64,000 nt of DNA, from contig CM060733.1 of the NCBI GenBank assembly GCA_030704615.1, positions 15,872,001 through 15,936,000 on the forward strand, written 5' to 3'. The DNA comes from Takakia lepidozioides (Eukaryota; Plantae; Bryophyta). Below are positions 61,814 to 64,000 of this stretch, piece after piece (the first letter of the stretch is position 1; every line of letters starts with the position of its first letter). Both the position numbers and the translations under genes were made by a program. The notes below the pieces were generated by a model, which ran no database searches, was not told the DNA's origin, and worked only from the letters and a program-made list of their open reading frames with translations.

Positions 61814-62458
61814 CTGTTAGGCATGCAAACATGTTCTGCATTCAAGTCTCCTAGCATTCAGTCTAAGAATTACAGAAGCAAAATGGGGGGTTCGGTGCTC
61901 GATCAGCTGCGCGCAGCCCGATCGCATGGAGCTCTCACTGGTGGCTGGGTTGCCTGAGTGGCCTGCTGCTCGGAGATGGCAATCTCCTCCTGTAGACGCA
62001 TCTGCTTCCTCCCCTTCGGCATTGGCCTACGTCCGAAGTATAATTTCCGGAGCTTGCGACGAGGTCTCCTGTCTGGTGCACGAAACTCCCCCCTCTCAGG
62101 TTCGAGCATAAGAAGAACAGAGAGAGGGAAAAGGGGCAAAGAGTGCAGATGGAAAGGGCGCGAGAGGGGTGACTGAGGAGACACGACAAAAGTAGATGAA
62201 ACGGCGGTGATGCACCACTTGGGTTCGAAAGGGTTGGACGAAAGTGTCTCCTCGTGGACTTTGCGTCATTACGAAATTCGAATCGTTCAGGGTACGCCTG
62301 CCGTCCGAAAAACAAACATCATTATCCAACGGTCAGGCCGCGCCGCCTCATGCCCCTTCAGTCAGATAGAGTGCCGACATGTGCAGCAATTCCGTTGCTC
62401 CACGTGTTCACATTTCAAGGCATTTCCGTCCCAGCGTCTGATGAGTTGGAGCGAAAAT

Positions 62459-64000
62459 GCGAATGCGGCGCCGCATTTCCGTTAAGTACCATCACGAAGC
62501 TACACATCCGTACTTGTTGGAAGAAAATGCGGCACCGCATTTCCGTTCCACCTTCACATACCTTAGTTGTTGAACGGAAATACGGTGCCGCATTTCCGTC
62601 CCACAGCTCCATGTATGAGATTCAAAAGGGAAATGCGGCGCCGCATTTCCGTTCTGGAATGTCGAAAGGTGCGATTCGGACGGGAATGAGGCACAACATT
62701 TCAGTTCCCGTGGTTCATGATTTTCAATGTGAACGGAAATGCGGTACCGCATTTCCGTTCCCCCTTCACATACGTTAGTTGATGAATGGAAATGCCGTGC
62801 CACATTTCCGTTCGGGAAAGTATAGAGGTCTCACCTGGACAGAAATGCGGTGCCGCATTTCCGGTCTCGAAAGTTTGAAGGTCTCACATGGATGGAAATG
62901 CGGCAACACATTTCCGTAGCACAGCTCCAGGCCCCATATAGAAAACGGAAATGCGGCGCCGCATTTCCGTTCTAGAATGTCGGAAGGTGCGACTCGGACG
63001 GAAATGCGGTGCCGCATTTCTGTTCCCGTTGCGCACGATTTTCAGTCAGAACGGAAATGCGGTACCGCATTTCCGTTCTGTAGAGTATTAACGTCTGACG
63101 CTGGCGGAAATGCTGTGCCGCATTTTCGTTCCACAGCTCCATGCCTCACATACAAAACGGAAATGCGGCGCCGCATTTCCGTTTTGGAATGTCGGAAGGT
63201 GCGACTCCGACGGAAATGCGGTACCGCATTTCAGTTCCGATGTTTCAGGATATTTCATCAGAACGGAAATGCGGTGCCGCATTTCCCTTTTGAATCTAAT
63301 ACATTCCGTTCTGGAATGTTGGGAGGTGCGACTCGGATGGAAATGCGTTGCCGCATTTCAGTTCCGATGGTTCACGATTTTCAGTCAGAACGGAAATGCG
63401 GTACCGCATTTCCGTTCTGGAATGTTGGTAGGTGCGACTCGGATGGAAATACGCTGCCGCATTTCAGTTCAGATGGTTCACGATTTTCAGTCAGAACGGA
63501 AATGCGGTACCGCATTTCCGTTCTGGATAGTATGAATGTCTCAAGCGGTCGGAATTGCGCTGTATGAAGCTGTCGGAATCGCACTCGGCTCCATGCATCA
63601 GATACAAAATGGAAATGCGGCGCCGCATTTCCGTTCTGGAATGTCGGAAAGTGCGACTCGGACAGAAATGCGGTGCCGCATTTCTGTTCCCGTTGTTCAT
63701 AATTCTCAATCAGAACGGAAATGCGGTACCGCATTTCCGTTCCACCTTCACATACCGTGCTTGGTGGATGGAAATGCGGTACCGCATTTCCGTTATGGAG
63801 AGTATGAATGTCTTTTAAGGACGGAAATGTGCTGCAGCATTTCTATCCCTCAGCTCCATGCATCAGATACAAAATGGAAATGCGGCGCCGCATTTTCGTT
63901 CTGGAATGTCGGAAAAGTGCGACTCGGACGGAAATGCGGTGCCGCATTTCTGTTCCCGTTGTTCATAATTCTCAATCAGAACGGAAATGCGGTACCGCAT
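62459..64000. repeat. 53-bp-period array of ~29 palindromes GGAAATGCGGYRCCGCATTTCC upstream of the ParB-MTase-like gene; runs off the window
   Basis: Starts at 62459, then 62523+53n to 63265, then 63339, 63392, 63445, 63498, 63551 (degenerate), 63611, 63664, 63717, 63770, 63823, 63876, 63930, 63983. The 31-bp spacers fall into several recurring classes. Confidence 0.95.

Larger units (their letters stand above)
46974..64000 (-). mobile_element. CACTA (En/Spm) transposon; 3' terminus at 46974, other end not in the window, extent beyond ~51100 inferred
   Basis: CACTATAGGAAAA begins exactly where the gypsy integrase breaks (candidate 3-bp TSD TGA, 46971-46973), followed by subterminal repeats and a TnpD transposase. 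No matching TTTTCCTATAGTG was seen and the gypsy sequence does not resume. Confidence 0.75.

Noticed and set aside
61903-62184. First coding exon of the ParB-MTase-like gene
   Set aside because: Plausible, but I found no GT donor in phase with the 61813 acceptor, so it was left out of the model.
62459-64000. CRISPR array (palindromic repeat with constant-length spacers)
   Set aside because: Spacers recur in classes and as higher-order duplicates (e.g. 63590-63740 vs 63855-64000), the repeats are degenerate, there are no cas genes, and the context is a spliced eukaryotic locus.

Overview
Eukaryotic nuclear DNA from a seed-free land plant, most likely a bryophyte. This is inferred from the GT-AG introns, PLS-class PPR fragments, a flagellar CFAP61 gene and plant-type L1, Ty3 and CACTA elements. 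Three host genes can be spliced by hand: V-ATPase subunit d (minus, 10 exons, 351 aa, intact), DDB2 (plus, 11 exons, ~574 aa, intact) and CFAP61 (minus, ~17 exons, with a frameshift near 28322). Between and inside them lie L1 and RTE-like LINE fragments, a tRNA-derived SINE, hAT-like MITEs, an AP2/ERF fragment, PPR pseudogene pieces, and a 1.4-kb inverted duplication bracketing the V-ATPase gene. At 46974 a CACTA (En/Spm) terminus interrupts a Ty3/gypsy integrase; its partner terminus is not in the window. The most unusual content lies beyond the TnpD transposase. There is a spliced gene joining a ParB/Srx-like domain (WDGNHRLLAW) to a beta-class N6A/N4C DNA-methyltransferase-like domain (DMIILDIPDG ... 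VLDLICGTGAS...RHLFAYEED). About 45 copies of a 22-bp palindrome, GGAAATGCGGYRCCGCATTTCC, flank it and sit in three of its introns, mostly spaced at whole helical turns (53-bp period). A head-to-head pair of paralogous unknown ORFs has the same palindrome near its symmetry axis. All assignments are by eye; no database search was run.
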